Part shown: positions 18,398 through 27,478 of the stretch, piece by piece
How the letters are laid out: each line of letters starts with the position of its first letter
Position numbering within the stretch: position 1 is the first letter of the stretch
Assembly (NCBI GenBank): GCA_050692055.1
Contig: JBOGTC010000072.1
Location: 12,978-76,977 of the forward strand
Direction of reading: 5' to 3'
Source: Candidatus Limnocylindria bacterium
GTDB taxonomy: Bacteria > Chloroflexota > Limnocylindria > QHBO01
DNA: 64,000 nt
Made by a program: the position numbers and the translations under genes
Notes under the pieces: model-generated
Database searches by the model: none
What the model was told of the DNA's origin: nothing
The model's input: only the letters and a program-made list of their open reading frames with translations

Positions 18398-19149
18398 CAG
18401 TACTCGGCCTCGCCCGGCGCGGGCGCGGTGGCGTCGGAAGATCCGCCCGCCTTGCGGGCCCGGAAATCGTCCAGGATCGGCTTCGTCTGGGTCGCACCGA
18501 TGCGCGTCGCGCCGAGCGCCATCACCGCCAGCAGATCGTCGAGCGTGCGAACCCCGTGCGCCGCCTTGACCTGGACGTGCGAGGCAACGGAGCGGCGCAT
18601 CAGCGCGAGATCCTCGTGGGTCGCGCCGCTCGGCGCGTAGCCGGTCGAGGTCTTCACGAAATCGGCTCCGGCGGACTCGGCCAGGCGGCAGCCGCGCACC
18701 TTCTCGGCATCGGTCAGGTAGGCGTTCTCGAGGATGACCTTGACGATCGCGCCTGCCTCGTGGGCCACCTCGACGACCGCCGCGATCTCGCCGCGAACGT
18801 CCTCGTCGCGGCCGGAGCGCAGGGCGCCGATGTTGATCACCATGTCGAGCTCGGTGGCGCCCTGGTCGAGCGCCGTGCGGGCCTCGAAGACCTTCGTCGC
18901 GGTCGTCGAGCTGCCGTGCGGGAAGCCGACGACAGTTCCCACCGCGACGTCCGTGCCGTCGAGGATCGCCCTGGCGCGGACGACGTCCGCCGGACGAACG
19001 CAGACCGATGCGACGTCGTACTCGGCGGCGAGCCGGCAGCCTTCCTCGATGAAGGCGTCGTCGAGCTCCGGCTTCAGCAGGGAGTGGTCGATCGTCTTGG
19101 CCAGGTCGCGCTCGGTGACGTCGTCGATGGAAAGGCTCATGGCGCTCAC
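18397..19149 (-). CDS. deoC: deoxyribose-phosphate aldolase family (DeoC)
   Basis: 'IDHSLLKP', 'VCVRP', 'DMVINIG', 'KVILE' and 'FVKTSTGY' (Schiff-base Lys context) are all present. Confidence 0.85.
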   Translation of the reverse strand: MSAMSLSIDDVTERDLAKTIDHSLLKPELDDAFIEEGCRLAAEYDVASVCVRPADVVRARAILDGTDVAVGTVVGFPHGSSTTATKVFEARTALDQGATELDMVINIGALRSGRDEDVRGEIAAVVEVAHEAGAIVKVILENAYLTDAEKVRGCRLAESAGADFVKTSTGYAPSGATHEDLALMRRSVASHVQVKAAHGVRTLDDLLAVMALGATRIGATQTKPILDDFRARKAGGSSDATAPAPGEAEY

Positions 19150-20060
19150 TTGATATACGGGCGCAGAACGTCGCGGGCGATGAGGAAGCCGCGCTTGACG
19201 AGCTCGTCGGTGGCCTCGAAGTCGCGATCCTCGTGCTCGATGGCGACGTCGCCGTCGTACCCCGCTCGGTACAGGGCCGAGAAGATCCGGCCCCAGTCGG
19301 CATCCCCGAGGCCGGGTAAACGCGGGATCTGCCAGCCGATGCCCGACGAGAGCGTGCCTCGCTCGTAGAGGCCGTCACGGTCGATCATGACGTCCTTCGC
19401 CTGCACGTGGAGGATGTGCGGTCCGAACTCGCGGATGAACCGCTCCTGGTCGATCATCAGCCATACGAGGTGAGACGGGTCGTAGTTCAACCCGACCGTG
19501 TCGCCCCACTCGGCGATGATCCGGCGCCAGATGTGGGGCGACCAGGCGATGTTGTGGCCGCCCGGCCACTCATCGTCGCTGAAGATCATGGGGCAGTTCT
19601 CGATCGTGACCTTCACGCCGTTGTCCTGCGCGTGACTCACGATCTCAGGCCACACCTCGAGGGCGATCTCCCAGTTCTGGTCCTGGGTCTTCGTGGCGTC
19701 GCCGCCCATGAAGGTGTTGGCGAAGGGCACGCCCATGCGGCCGGCGGCGGTGATGACCTGCTTGAGGTGCGCGATCATCTGCTCGCGCTGCGCGGGATCC
19801 GGATGCAGCGGATTCGGATAGTAGCCGAGCCCGGAGATCGACAGGCCCTTGGCGGCGAGCTCGTCCACGATCTCCCGGCCGCGAGCCTCCGACAGATCCG
19901 TGACATCGATGTGCGAGGTCCCGGCGTAGCGGCGGGTCGGCCCCTTCGACGTCGGCCAGCAGGCGATCTCGAGGCTGTCGAAGCCGCTGTCAGCCGCCCA
20001 GTCCGCGACGTCGGTGAGCGTGGCGTCCGGAAACGGGGCGGTAAGCAGCCCGAGCCTCAT
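19146..20060 (-). CDS. sugar phosphate isomerase/epimerase (xylose-isomerase-like TIM barrel)
   Basis: 304 aa with the AP_endonuc_2-type pattern ('VAIEHEDRDF', 'LHVQAKD'). ATGA-type overlaps on both sides. Confidence 0.75.
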   Translation of the reverse strand: MRLGLLTAPFPDATLTDVADWAADSGFDSLEIACWPTSKGPTRRYAGTSHIDVTDLSEARGREIVDELAAKGLSISGLGYYPNPLHPDPAQREQMIAHLKQVITAAGRMGVPFANTFMGGDATKTQDQNWEIALEVWPEIVSHAQDNGVKVTIENCPMIFSDDEWPGGHNIAWSPHIWRRIIAEWGDTVGLNYDPSHLVWLMIDQERFIREFGPHILHVQAKDVMIDRDGLYERGTLSSGIGWQIPRLPGLGDADWGRIFSALYRAGYDGDVAIEHEDRDFEATDELVKRGFLIARDVLRPYIK

Positions 20061-21253
20061 GGCCTGTTCTCCGCTGCGATCGCGTGGCTCAGCTCGGCAC
20101 GCCTGACCTCGGTCCAGCGGCCGGCGCGCGCGCTGTCGGCGACGGCGTCGCCGACCAGCATCTCGTCGTGGCCATCAGCGAAGGTCGGATAGGCCGGACA
20201 GTCGGCGGGCCGGCCCGCGCCCACGTCCGCGTACACCGCGCGGAAGAGCGAGCGGAACGTGTCGGCGAATCCCTCCACGTGGCCAGCGGGAAGCGCCGAT
20301 GCCGCCTGCCCGGCCCCTCCCATGAGCGCGGGATTACGGATCAGGATCTCGTTCGCGCGGTCCCGATGCCCGATCCACAGCTGGTCGGGTTGCTCCGAGT
20401 CCCAGGCGGCGGCTGCCGTCGAGCCGTCGATCTCGTATTGCAGCGAGTTCTTGCGGCCCGGGCTGAGCTGGCTGATGGCGACGCTTCCCCGCGCGCCGTT
20501 CTCGAAGCGGAGCAGGATGGTGGCGATGTCCTCGGTCTGGATCTCGCGCTCGACCGTCTCCGCCGCGCGCTCGGTCGAGAAGGTCTCGACCGGGCCCGAT
20601 GGCTGGCGACGCACGGGGATGAAGGTGGCGAGGTCGGCCATCACGCTCACGATGCGCTGGCCACTGATGAAGCCGATGAGATCGAGCCAGTGCGAGCCGA
20701 TGTCGCCGACGGCGCGCAGCGCGCCGCCGCGGTCGGGCTCCAGCCGCCAGTTCCAGTCGGTCTCGAGCAGCAGCCAGTCCTGGAAGTAGCGGCCGGTGAC
20801 GAGCCGAACGTCGCCGAGCGCGGCGTCGCCCACCAGCTCATGCAGGTGCTGGTTGAGCGGATAGAACCGGATGTTGAAGTTCACGGCATTGACGCGACCG
20901 CTCTCCGCCGCAAGGCGCACGAGCTCGGCGGATTCGATCGACGTCATGGCCAGCGGCTTCTCGCAGACCACGTGACGCCCGGCGGCGAGGATCTCGCGCA
21001 CCTGCGCGTGGTGGACATGGTTTGGGGAGGTGACGTGCACGATCTCGACGCGCTCGTCGGCGAGCAGGTCGGCAAGGCTGGCGTAGGCCCGTGGGATGCC
21101 GAGCTGCTCGGCACGCACCGCCGCGCGCTCGGGCGTGGAGCCCAGCAACCCATGGATCTGGACGCCCAGCCTGCGCAGCGCCTCGATGTGGACCGTCCCG
21201 ATGAAGCCGCTGCCGATCACCGCGGCGCCGATCTCGTTCGGGCGCTCAGGCAT
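20057..21253 (-). CDS. Gfo/Idh/MocA-family oxidoreductase
   Basis: Rossmann motif 'IGAAVIGSGFIGTVH' plus 'VVCEKPLA'. It is the first gene of the minus-strand operon. Confidence 0.85.
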   Translation of the reverse strand: MPERPNEIGAAVIGSGFIGTVHIEALRRLGVQIHGLLGSTPERAAVRAEQLGIPRAYASLADLLADERVEIVHVTSPNHVHHAQVREILAAGRHVVCEKPLAMTSIESAELVRLAAESGRVNAVNFNIRFYPLNQHLHELVGDAALGDVRLVTGRYFQDWLLLETDWNWRLEPDRGGALRAVGDIGSHWLDLIGFISGQRIVSVMADLATFIPVRRQPSGPVETFSTERAAETVEREIQTEDIATILLRFENGARGSVAISQLSPGRKNSLQYEIDGSTAAAAWDSEQPDQLWIGHRDRANEILIRNPALMGGAGQAASALPAGHVEGFADTFRSLFRAVYADVGAGRPADCPAYPTFADGHDEMLVGDAVADSARAGRWTEVRRAELSHAIAAENRP

Positions 21254-21385
21254 CTAGATGACTAGACTTTTGCGGCATCGTGAACGGGGGAAGGCGGCCC
21301 GGAATTGCACCATCTGATCGTACTTTGGCCTGTCAATGGCAAAAGCCCGTCCTCCCTGGATGAGGGAGGGCTATGATCGGCTCGG

Positions 21386-22642
21386 ATGAACTCGATACGC
21401 CCTGATTCGCAGCGACCCGAGTCTCGATCCGAGGAAGCTCTCGAGGCGCTGGTATCGGTCCTGGACGAGATTCGGTACGCGCGCTCGCGGTCCCGCGCGG
21501 AGCTCGTGGCGCGGACCGGGCTGAGCCGCGGCATCGTGGCCCAGCGGGTCAGCGAGCTGATGGACCTTGGCCTCGTCGTGGAGGGCGAGTTCGGACCGAG
21601 CACGGGTGGCAGGCCGCCGCGCCAGATCACCTTCCGCGCCGACGCGGGCCACGTCCTCGTCGCCGACCTGGGCGCGACGAGCATCGACGTGGCGGTGACC
21701 GACCTCGAGGGACGCATCCTGGGCCATCGCGACGAGCCGGCGGACATCGCCCAGGGGCCGGAACGATGCCTGCAGCGCGTGGAGGAGCTCTTTGAGCAGC
21801 TGACCTCGGCCACGCGCGACCTCCCCGGGCGGCTGTGGGGCGTGGGCATCGGCGTGCCCGGCCCGGTCGAGTTCCGCAGCGGACGCCCGGTGTCTCCGCC
21901 GATCATGCCCGGCTGGGACGGCTACCCCGTCCGCGAGCGGTTCGCGACCCGCTACGGCGCGCCGGTCTGGGTCGACAACGACGTCAACGTGCTCGCCCTC
22001 GGGGAGTGGCGATCCGGCATCGCCGCAGGCCACGACAACGTGGTGGTCGTCAAGATTGGCACCGGAATCGGAGCCGGCATCATCTCCAACGGGCGCATCC
22101 ACCGCGGGGCGCAGGGCAGCGCCGGCGACGTCGGACACATCCAGGTGGTGGACGACGCCTCGGTCGTCTGCCGCTGCGGAAACGTGGGATGCCTGGAGGC
22201 GCTCGCCGGGGGCGGCGCCCTCGCTCGCAGCGGTGAGGCGGCGGCCGTCGACGGTCGCAGCCCACGCCTGCGTGGGGCGCTGGATCAGCACGGGCACGTG
22301 ACCGCCGAGGACGTCGCGCGAGCTGCATCGTTCGGAGACCCGGTGGCGGTTGGCCTGCTGCAGGCGGCGGGCCGGCGCGTGGGCCTCATGCTGGCCAGCG
22401 TCGTGAACTTCTTCAACCCGTCGCTGGTGGTGGTGGGCGGCGGGGTGGCGCAGAGCGGCGATCAGCTGCTCGCCTCGATCCGCGAGACCGTCTATCGGCG
22501 CTCGCTGCCGCTGGCGACCCGTGAGCTCGTGATCCAGCGGTCCTCGCTCGGCGGCCTGGCCGGCGTCATCGGCGCATCGTCGATGGTCGTCGAGCAGCTC
22601 TTCTCGCGCGACGCCATCGACCTCCTCGTCAACGGGAGCTGA
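21386..22642 (+). CDS. ROK-family transcriptional regulator
   Basis: N-terminal wHTH ('SRAELVARTGLSRGIVAQRVSELMDLGLV') plus a ROK sugar-kinase-like domain with 'CRCGNVGCLEA'. It is divergent to the operon. Confidence 0.85.
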   Translation: MNSIRPDSQRPESRSEEALEALVSVLDEIRYARSRSRAELVARTGLSRGIVAQRVSELMDLGLVVEGEFGPSTGGRPPRQITFRADAGHVLVADLGATSIDVAVTDLEGRILGHRDEPADIAQGPERCLQRVEELFEQLTSATRDLPGRLWGVGIGVPGPVEFRSGRPVSPPIMPGWDGYPVRERFATRYGAPVWVDNDVNVLALGEWRSGIAAGHDNVVVVKIGTGIGAGIISNGRIHRGAQGSAGDVGHIQVVDDASVVCRCGNVGCLEALAGGGALARSGEAAAVDGRSPRLRGALDQHGHVTAEDVARAASFGDPVAVGLLQAAGRRVGLMLASVVNFFNPSLVVVGGGVAQSGDQLLASIRETVYRRSLPLATRELVIQRSSLGGLAGVIGASSMVVEQLFSRDAIDLLVNGS

Positions 22643-22672
22643 GCGGGGCGGACAAGACGTGAAGCCGGAACG

Positions 22673-23875
22673 TCACGTGCCCGCGGTGACGAGGTCGATG
22701 AAGTCGCCGGTCTTGGCGTCCTTGAGGATCAGCTTCTGACGACCATCCGGCAGGAGCTCGCGCTTGATCACGACCTTGCCGTCATGCATCTCCGGCTGGC
22801 TGCCGATCCGGGGCGTGGTGCCGCCGCGCCATTCGAACAGCTCGACCGGCTCCCAGGCTCGGCTCTTGGCCGATCGATAGCAGGCGTCCATGACGGCGTT
22901 CACCACGTAGCCGTCGTACAGCGTCTCGCGAGGCGCGCGACCGGTGTCGATGGCGTCGAACATGTCGGTGAACATGTCCACGTAGCCGAGCTCGCTCACC
23001 TCGTCGCCGACGGGGAAGAGCCAGCCGGCGCTCGTCTCGGCCTTCTCGGCCACGTAGCCGCCGCTGCCGCCGGTGGTGAACATCTCGAAGCCGGTGCGCA
23101 GGAAGTGGTTGAGCCAGATGGTGCCGTGCGTCCCCGCCACCTCGTCGCGCAGGTCCATGCCGCCGCGGAAGGTCCACGACACCTCGAACTGGCCCATGGC
23201 GCCCGACTCGAACCGGATCAGCGCGATGGCGTTGTCCTCGTCGTCGATGGGATGGACCAGCGTGTCGGTGTGGCACATGACCTCGATCGGCCGGTTGCCC
23301 TTGCCCACGAAGCTGCGGATGATCTCGATGCAGTGACAGCCCAGGTCCACGATGGCCCCGCCGCCGGTCAGGCGCCCGTCCCAGAACCAGGCCGAGTGCG
23401 GGCCGGGATGCGTCTCTCGCGAGCGCACCCAGGTCACGTCGCCGAGCGCGCCCGCCTCGACCGAGCTGAGCGCCTTGAGCGTCTTGGGCGTGTAGCACAG
23501 GTCCTCCAGGTAGCCGCCGAAGACGCCTGCACGCTCGACGGTCTCGAGGATCCGCCGCGCCTCCTCGGCGTTCCGCCCCAGCGGCTTCGTGCACAGGACG
23601 GCCTTGCCGGCGGCTGCCACGGCGGTGACCGCCTCCTCGTGCAGGTAATTTGGCAGGCCGACCACCACGACATCGGTCTCCGGGTGGCGCACGGCCGCCT
23701 CGAGATCGGTCGTGTGCTCGGGGATCGCCCAGCGCTCGCTGAAGGCCCGGCCGCGCTCGTCCGTCCGCGAGTACACGATGCGAACCCGGTCGCGGCCGCG
23801 TTGACCGTGCAGGGTCATCGTGTAGAAGTCGCCGATCAGGCCGGTTCCCAGCATCGTGATCGAGTGGGCGCCCAT
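22673..23875 (-). CDS. Gfo/Idh/MocA-family oxidoreductase
   Basis: The ATG at 23875 gives '[18 protein letters not shown]' (Rossmann fold). The 'LCTKPLG' motif is present. Confidence 0.8.
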   Translation of the reverse strand: MGAHSITMLGTGLIGDFYTMTLHGQRGRDRVRIVYSRTDERGRAFSERWAIPEHTTDLEAAVRHPETDVVVVGLPNYLHEEAVTAVAAAGKAVLCTKPLGRNAEEARRILETVERAGVFGGYLEDLCYTPKTLKALSSVEAGALGDVTWVRSRETHPGPHSAWFWDGRLTGGGAIVDLGCHCIEIIRSFVGKGNRPIEVMCHTDTLVHPIDDEDNAIALIRFESGAMGQFEVSWTFRGGMDLRDEVAGTHGTIWLNHFLRTGFEMFTTGGSGGYVAEKAETSAGWLFPVGDEVSELGYVDMFTDMFDAIDTGRAPRETLYDGYVVNAVMDACYRSAKSRAWEPVELFEWRGGTTPRIGSQPEMHDGKVVIKRELLPDGRQKLILKDAKTGDFIDLVTAGT

Positions 23876-24140
23876 CGCTCCAGAGTCCTCCGAGTGGTGC
23901 GGGTGGCTCGATTCTAGTCCCGACCCGCCGACGACCATCCGCCGTCGGGATCATCGTCATCCTCTGGCTCGTCGGCGCGCTGTAGGCTCCGACCGGCCGG
24001 TCAACCGCGTCATGCGAAGCCGGGCCCTGCGGGGCCGGTTTCTCGCGTTCCCGGAAGCGGCGCGAGCGGCCCGCGGTGGTATCCTTCTTGCCCTGTCAGA
24101 CGGGCACAGGACCCACACAGACGAGAGGGATGCAACGCCC

Positions 24141-24449
24141 ATGTTCAGCCGCGTACGGATCGCGATTCGCTTCTTCTTCGTTGGGCTCGCGGTCGGCGTG
24201 CTCCTGGCTCCGCGAAGCGGGCAGGAGACGCGGCGCCTGGTGCGCGAACGGGCGGATCGGCTGCTCAACGACGTTCTCGACGCCGCAACGCTGGGCACCT
24301 ACGAGTCCGGCGCAGCCGCCGCGGACGAGATCGAGGAAGGGACCGATGCCGAGGTGCGACCACGACGCTCCACGCGCAGCCGAAGCGGCAACGGCCGGTC
24401 GTCATCGCGCGGCACGCGCGCGACGAGCGCCACCACCGCGCAGGGCTAG
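24141..24449 (+). CDS. YtxH-domain protein
   Basis: RBS GAGAGGGA, then 'FFFVGLAVGVLLAPRSGQETRRLVRERADRL', the YtxH signature. The C-terminus is a Ser/Arg-rich tail. Confidence 0.7.
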   Translation: MFSRVRIAIRFFFVGLAVGVLLAPRSGQETRRLVRERADRLLNDVLDAATLGTYESGAAAADEIEEGTDAEVRPRRSTRSRSGNGRSSSRGTRATSATTAQG

Positions 24450-24465
24450 GCGGCGGTTGGACCCT

Positions 24466-24499
24466 GAGACCGGCCCGAGCGGCCGGTCTCGTTGTTGTT
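24466..24499 (+). terminator. intrinsic terminator after the YtxH gene
   Basis: Perfect 10-bp stem GAGACCGGCC / CGAGC / GGCCGGTCTC, followed by GTTGTTGTTC. Confidence 0.7.
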
Positions 24500-24603
24500 C
24501 GAGGTAACGAGTGCGTTGGCGCCATTTCCGCCCGCGCCGCCGCCGGAGCCCCGATGACGCCGGCTCCGGCACCGCGGATCCCCAGTCGCGAGCGCGCTCG
24601 CGC

Positions 24604-25233
24604 ATGGTCGCCGAGCAGCTCGAGGCGCGTGGCCTCCGCGATCCGGAGCTCATCCGTGCGTTCACTGCGGTTCCGCGCCACCTCTTCGTCACCAGCGACG
24701 ATCCCTACGGCGATCATGCCCTGCCGGTTGGCTCCGGGCAGACGATCTCGCAGCCGTACGTGGTGGCGGCGATGACCCTGGCGGCGCGCCCGCCGGAGGG
24801 ATGGCGCCAGCGCCCGAGGGTGCTGGAGATCGGCACCGGGAGCGGCTACCAGGCGGCGATCCTGGCCGAGCTGGGGGCCGATGTCACGAGCATCGAGCGG
24901 CATCCGGAGCTGGCGGCCGAGGCCGCAGGGCGCCTGACGGCGGCCGGATACGGGCCGGAACGGGTGCGCGTCGTGACGGGCGACGGGACGCAGGGCTGGC
25001 CGCCGGGCGCGCCGTATCGGTCCGTGCTGGTCACCGCGGCCGGTCCATCGGTCCCGCAGCCATTGCTGGCGCAGCTCGATCTCGAGGACGGCCGGCTGGT
25101 GATGCCGGTGGGGTCGCGCGAGCACCAGATGCTGACCCTGGTCGTGCGTCACGGGAGCGAGCTCGAGAGCCGCGAGCTGGATCCGGTGGTGTTCGTGCCG
25201 CTCATCGGCGAGTACGGCTTCAACGCGGATTGA
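24604..25233 (+). CDS. pcm: protein-L-isoaspartate O-methyltransferase
   Basis: 'VPRHLFV', 'GQTISQPYVVA' and 'VLEIGTGSGYQAAILAEL' motifs. ATG 24604 is preferred because GTG 24511 lies 12 nt after the terminator and would add an Arg-rich extension. Confidence 0.85.
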   Translation: MVAEQLEARGLRDPELIRAFTAVPRHLFVTSDDPYGDHALPVGSGQTISQPYVVAAMTLAARPPEGWRQRPRVLEIGTGSGYQAAILAELGADVTSIERHPELAAEAAGRLTAAGYGPERVRVVTGDGTQGWPPGAPYRSVLVTAAGPSVPQPLLAQLDLEDGRLVMPVGSREHQMLTLVVRHGSELESRELDPVVFVPLIGEYGFNAD

Positions 25234-25304
25234 GCAAGGGGATGGTGGGGCTGGCACGCCGTGTGCACCGCGAGTCGGAGTCCGAGCTCAGAGGTGAGGA
25301 ACCC

Positions 25305-25835
25305 ATGACCCACGACGATCGCAGGCGCGACACGGTCGACCGCGATGACACGCTCGACCGCGATGACACGCGCGTCGTCGAGCGCGAGACGTACGTGGAG
25401 CGCGAACGGCCGGTCGAGCCGGCGGGGTCATATGCAACGGCCCCTGCCCAGCAGCCGGCAGGCAGCCAGGTCAACGTCAATGCCGCCGATCGCGGCCGTG
25501 GCGGGTACGTCGAAACCGCCCCGGGGCCGCTTTACTGGGTGCGGCGCATCCTGTCGCTGCTGTTCGGCATCCTGTTCGCGCTGCTGGCGATCCGCATCGT
25601 GCTTCTGCTGCTCGCCGCCAACCAGACGAACGCAATCGTGGACTTCGTCTACGGCATCACCGAGCCGTTCGTGGCCCCGTTCCGCGGCATCTTCAGCATC
25701 GACGTGGTGTCGCCCGGCGGCAACAACGCGCTGGACGTTGCTGCCGTGGTGGCACTCATCGGCTGGTTGCTGATCTACCTGCTGATCATGGCCATCTTGC
25801 GCCTCGGTGATCGCGACCGGGTGGCCTATACCTGA
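25305..25835 (+). CDS. YggT-family membrane protein with acidic/Arg-rich N-terminal region
   Basis: RBS GAGGTGAGGA. The C-terminal half, 'NAIVDFVYGITEPFVAPFRGIF' flanked by TM helices, is YggT-like. Confidence 0.65.
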   Translation: MTHDDRRRDTVDRDDTLDRDDTRVVERETYVERERPVEPAGSYATAPAQQPAGSQVNVNAADRGRGGYVETAPGPLYWVRRILSLLFGILFALLAIRIVLLLLAANQTNAIVDFVYGITEPFVAPFRGIFSIDVVSPGGNNALDVAAVVALIGWLLIYLLIMAILRLGDRDRVAYT

Positions 25836-25872
25836 CCGGCGCCGTCCCAGCGATTCAATAGACGGACCGATG

Positions 25873-25916
25873 CGGGGGCGCCCTCCCCCCAGGGCGCGCC
25901 CGTCATTTCTGTCTTC
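25873..25916 (+). terminator. probable intrinsic terminator after yggT
   Basis: Stem GGGGGCGCCCT / CCCCCC / AGGGCGCGCCC (one mismatch), followed by the T-rich CATTTCTGTCTTC. Confidence 0.5.
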
Positions 25917-26069
25917 ATGCCTCAGCCGTACTTGCAGCCACGGCACGTAAGTGCAAAGCAGGCCATGACTCGGGGTCGGTTCTTGCCGCCGCGGCATGGA
26001 TCGATCAAGAAGAGGGCGATTCGGCGCCTAACTTCGTCGTTACGTGCCGCCATGGCAAGTTCCGACGTG

Positions 26070-26105
26070 GTGCGCGTCGTGCGCGTCGTGCGCGTCGTGC
26101 GCGTC
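26070..26105. repeat. 4 exact tandem copies of the 9-mer GTGCGCGTC (partial copies on both sides)
   Basis: Read directly from the sequence. The array ends 5-8 nt from the stop of the minus-strand GT4 gene. Confidence 0.9.
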
Positions 26106-26113
26106 GTGACCTC

Positions 26114-27427
26114 CTAGACCGGCGGCAGCTCGAGGGATGCCCGACCGCGAGGGCGTGGTGAGGGCCGCACGGGCAGGGCGGCGTCGCCGGGCGGCGACGA
26201 GCGGACGCGGGCCAGGACGCCGGCGCGCGTGAGCTCCTCGTCGTAGACGACCTCGATGCGTCGCACCTGGGCGTCGATGCTGAAGCGCTCGGCCACGGTC
26301 CCATACCCCGCCTCGCCGAGGCGAACACGCAGCTCGGGGTTCGCGAGGAGCGTGGCGAGGGCGCGAGCCAGTGCGGCGGCATCGCCCGGCGGGACGAGCA
26401 GACCGTCCACGCCGTCGGTGATGACCTCCGGGATGCCGCCCACCGCGGATGCGACGACGGGGCGGCGCCGGGCCATGGCCTCGAGGATCGAGATGCCCTG
26501 GGCCTCGCGCAGCGAAGGCAGGACGGCGACTGTCAGGTCGGCGGTCAGGGCGCTGATGTCGTCGCGCCGGCCGGTGAAGACGATTCGGTCGCTGGCGGCC
26601 GGAGGCAGAGCCCGAACCTGGGCGCGCAGCGCATCGGCCTGGGAGCCTTCGCCGACGATGGCCAGCCAGGCATCTGGCGCGGACCGCAGGACCGATGGAA
26701 AGGCCTCCACCAGGAACCGATGCCCCTTCTCCGGCTCGAGCCGGGCGACCACCCCCACCAGCGGAGCGTCGCAGGGGATCGCGTACTCGTCGCGCATCGA
26801 GCAGGGCGGGGCCGGGCTGGCGAAGCGAGAGAGGTCGACGCCGTTGGGGATGACCGCGAACCGGCCGCCCTCGCGGCCCTCGGCGCGCACCTTGGCCGCG
26901 ATCGCCTCCGAGGGCACGATCAGCCGATCCATGTGCGGCGTCAGGCGCGCCAGCAGCGCGATGTCATCGGCCGATCGGACGCGCGAGGAGTGGACGGTGG
27001 CCGCGATCACCGGCGTCCCGGCCGCGATGGCGGCCCGCGTGCCGATCACCTCGGCGCGGTGCATGTGGGCGTGGACGAGGTCGATCTCGTGGTGACGCAG
27101 GTAGGCGGCCAGCTCTCGGACGGCGGCCTCGTCATCGGCCTTGGTGATGACGTCGACCTCGATGCCGAGCCGATGCAGGCGGGAAACAGCGCTGCCGGAG
27201 CTCAGGGAGAGGGCGCGGACCTCGTACCGGGAACGGTCGAGGCGCAGCAGGAGGCCGGAGTAGCTCTCCTGGGCACCACCGCTGCCCCCTGTCGCAAGCA
27301 GCTGCAGGATGCGCGGGCGGGGATGGCTCCTGGACCGATGGATCCGCCGATGGCGCAGGTACGGCGCGCCGCCGATGGCAGCCTCGTGTTCGGGCGCGGG
27401 ACGACGGCGCCTGCGGGTGGGAGTCAC
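26114..27427 (-). CDS. glycosyltransferase family 4 (GT-B) with Arg-rich N-terminal extension
   Basis: 'RILQLLATGGSGGAQ' is a GT4 N-terminus and 'EAQGISILEAMARRRPVVAS' the EX7E region. The only available start is the GTG at 27427. Confidence 0.8.
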   Translation of the reverse strand: MTPTRRRRRPAPEHEAAIGGAPYLRHRRIHRSRSHPRPRILQLLATGGSGGAQESYSGLLLRLDRSRYEVRALSLSSGSAVSRLHRLGIEVDVITKADDEAAVRELAAYLRHHEIDLVHAHMHRAEVIGTRAAIAAGTPVIAATVHSSRVRSADDIALLARLTPHMDRLIVPSEAIAAKVRAEGREGGRFAVIPNGVDLSRFASPAPPCSMRDEYAIPCDAPLVGVVARLEPEKGHRFLVEAFPSVLRSAPDAWLAIVGEGSQADALRAQVRALPPAASDRIVFTGRRDDISALTADLTVAVLPSLREAQGISILEAMARRRPVVASAVGGIPEVITDGVDGLLVPPGDAAALARALATLLANPELRVRLGEAGYGTVAERFSIDAQVRRIEVVYDEELTRAGVLARVRSSPPGDAALPVRPSPRPRGRASLELPPV

Positions 27428-27478
27428 CCACCGATGCTAGGTCCGGGCGCTCTGTTCGTCAAAGCGCCTCGCGGCGGA

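Noticed and set aside
17621-19378. 585-aa ORF spanning the SIS and deoC regions
   Set aside because: The N-terminal ~325 aa are low-complexity Arg/Gly/Pro sequence overlapping the well-supported deoC gene. The true SIS start is the ATG at 18397.
22643-22672. Weak hairpin ACGTGA-N10-TCACGT between convergent genes
   Set aside because: It has only 6 bp, a large loop and no U-tract, which is too weak to call a terminator.
24511-24603. GTG 24511 as the pcm start
   Set aside because: It lies only 12 nt after a strong intrinsic terminator and adds an Arg-rich 31-aa extension not typical of Pcm. The ATG at 24604 is preferred.
26070-26105. Tandem 9-mer array considered as a CRISPR or minisatellite
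   Set aside because: The repeats are contiguous with no spacers, are only 9 bp long, and no cas genes are present. It is kept only as a simple tandem repeat.
25917-26117. 66-aa ORF ending in VVRVVRVVRVVRVV
   Set aside because: Its codon usage and GC3 are unlike neighbouring genes, it has no RBS, and the repeat peptide is simply the translated tandem 9-mer.
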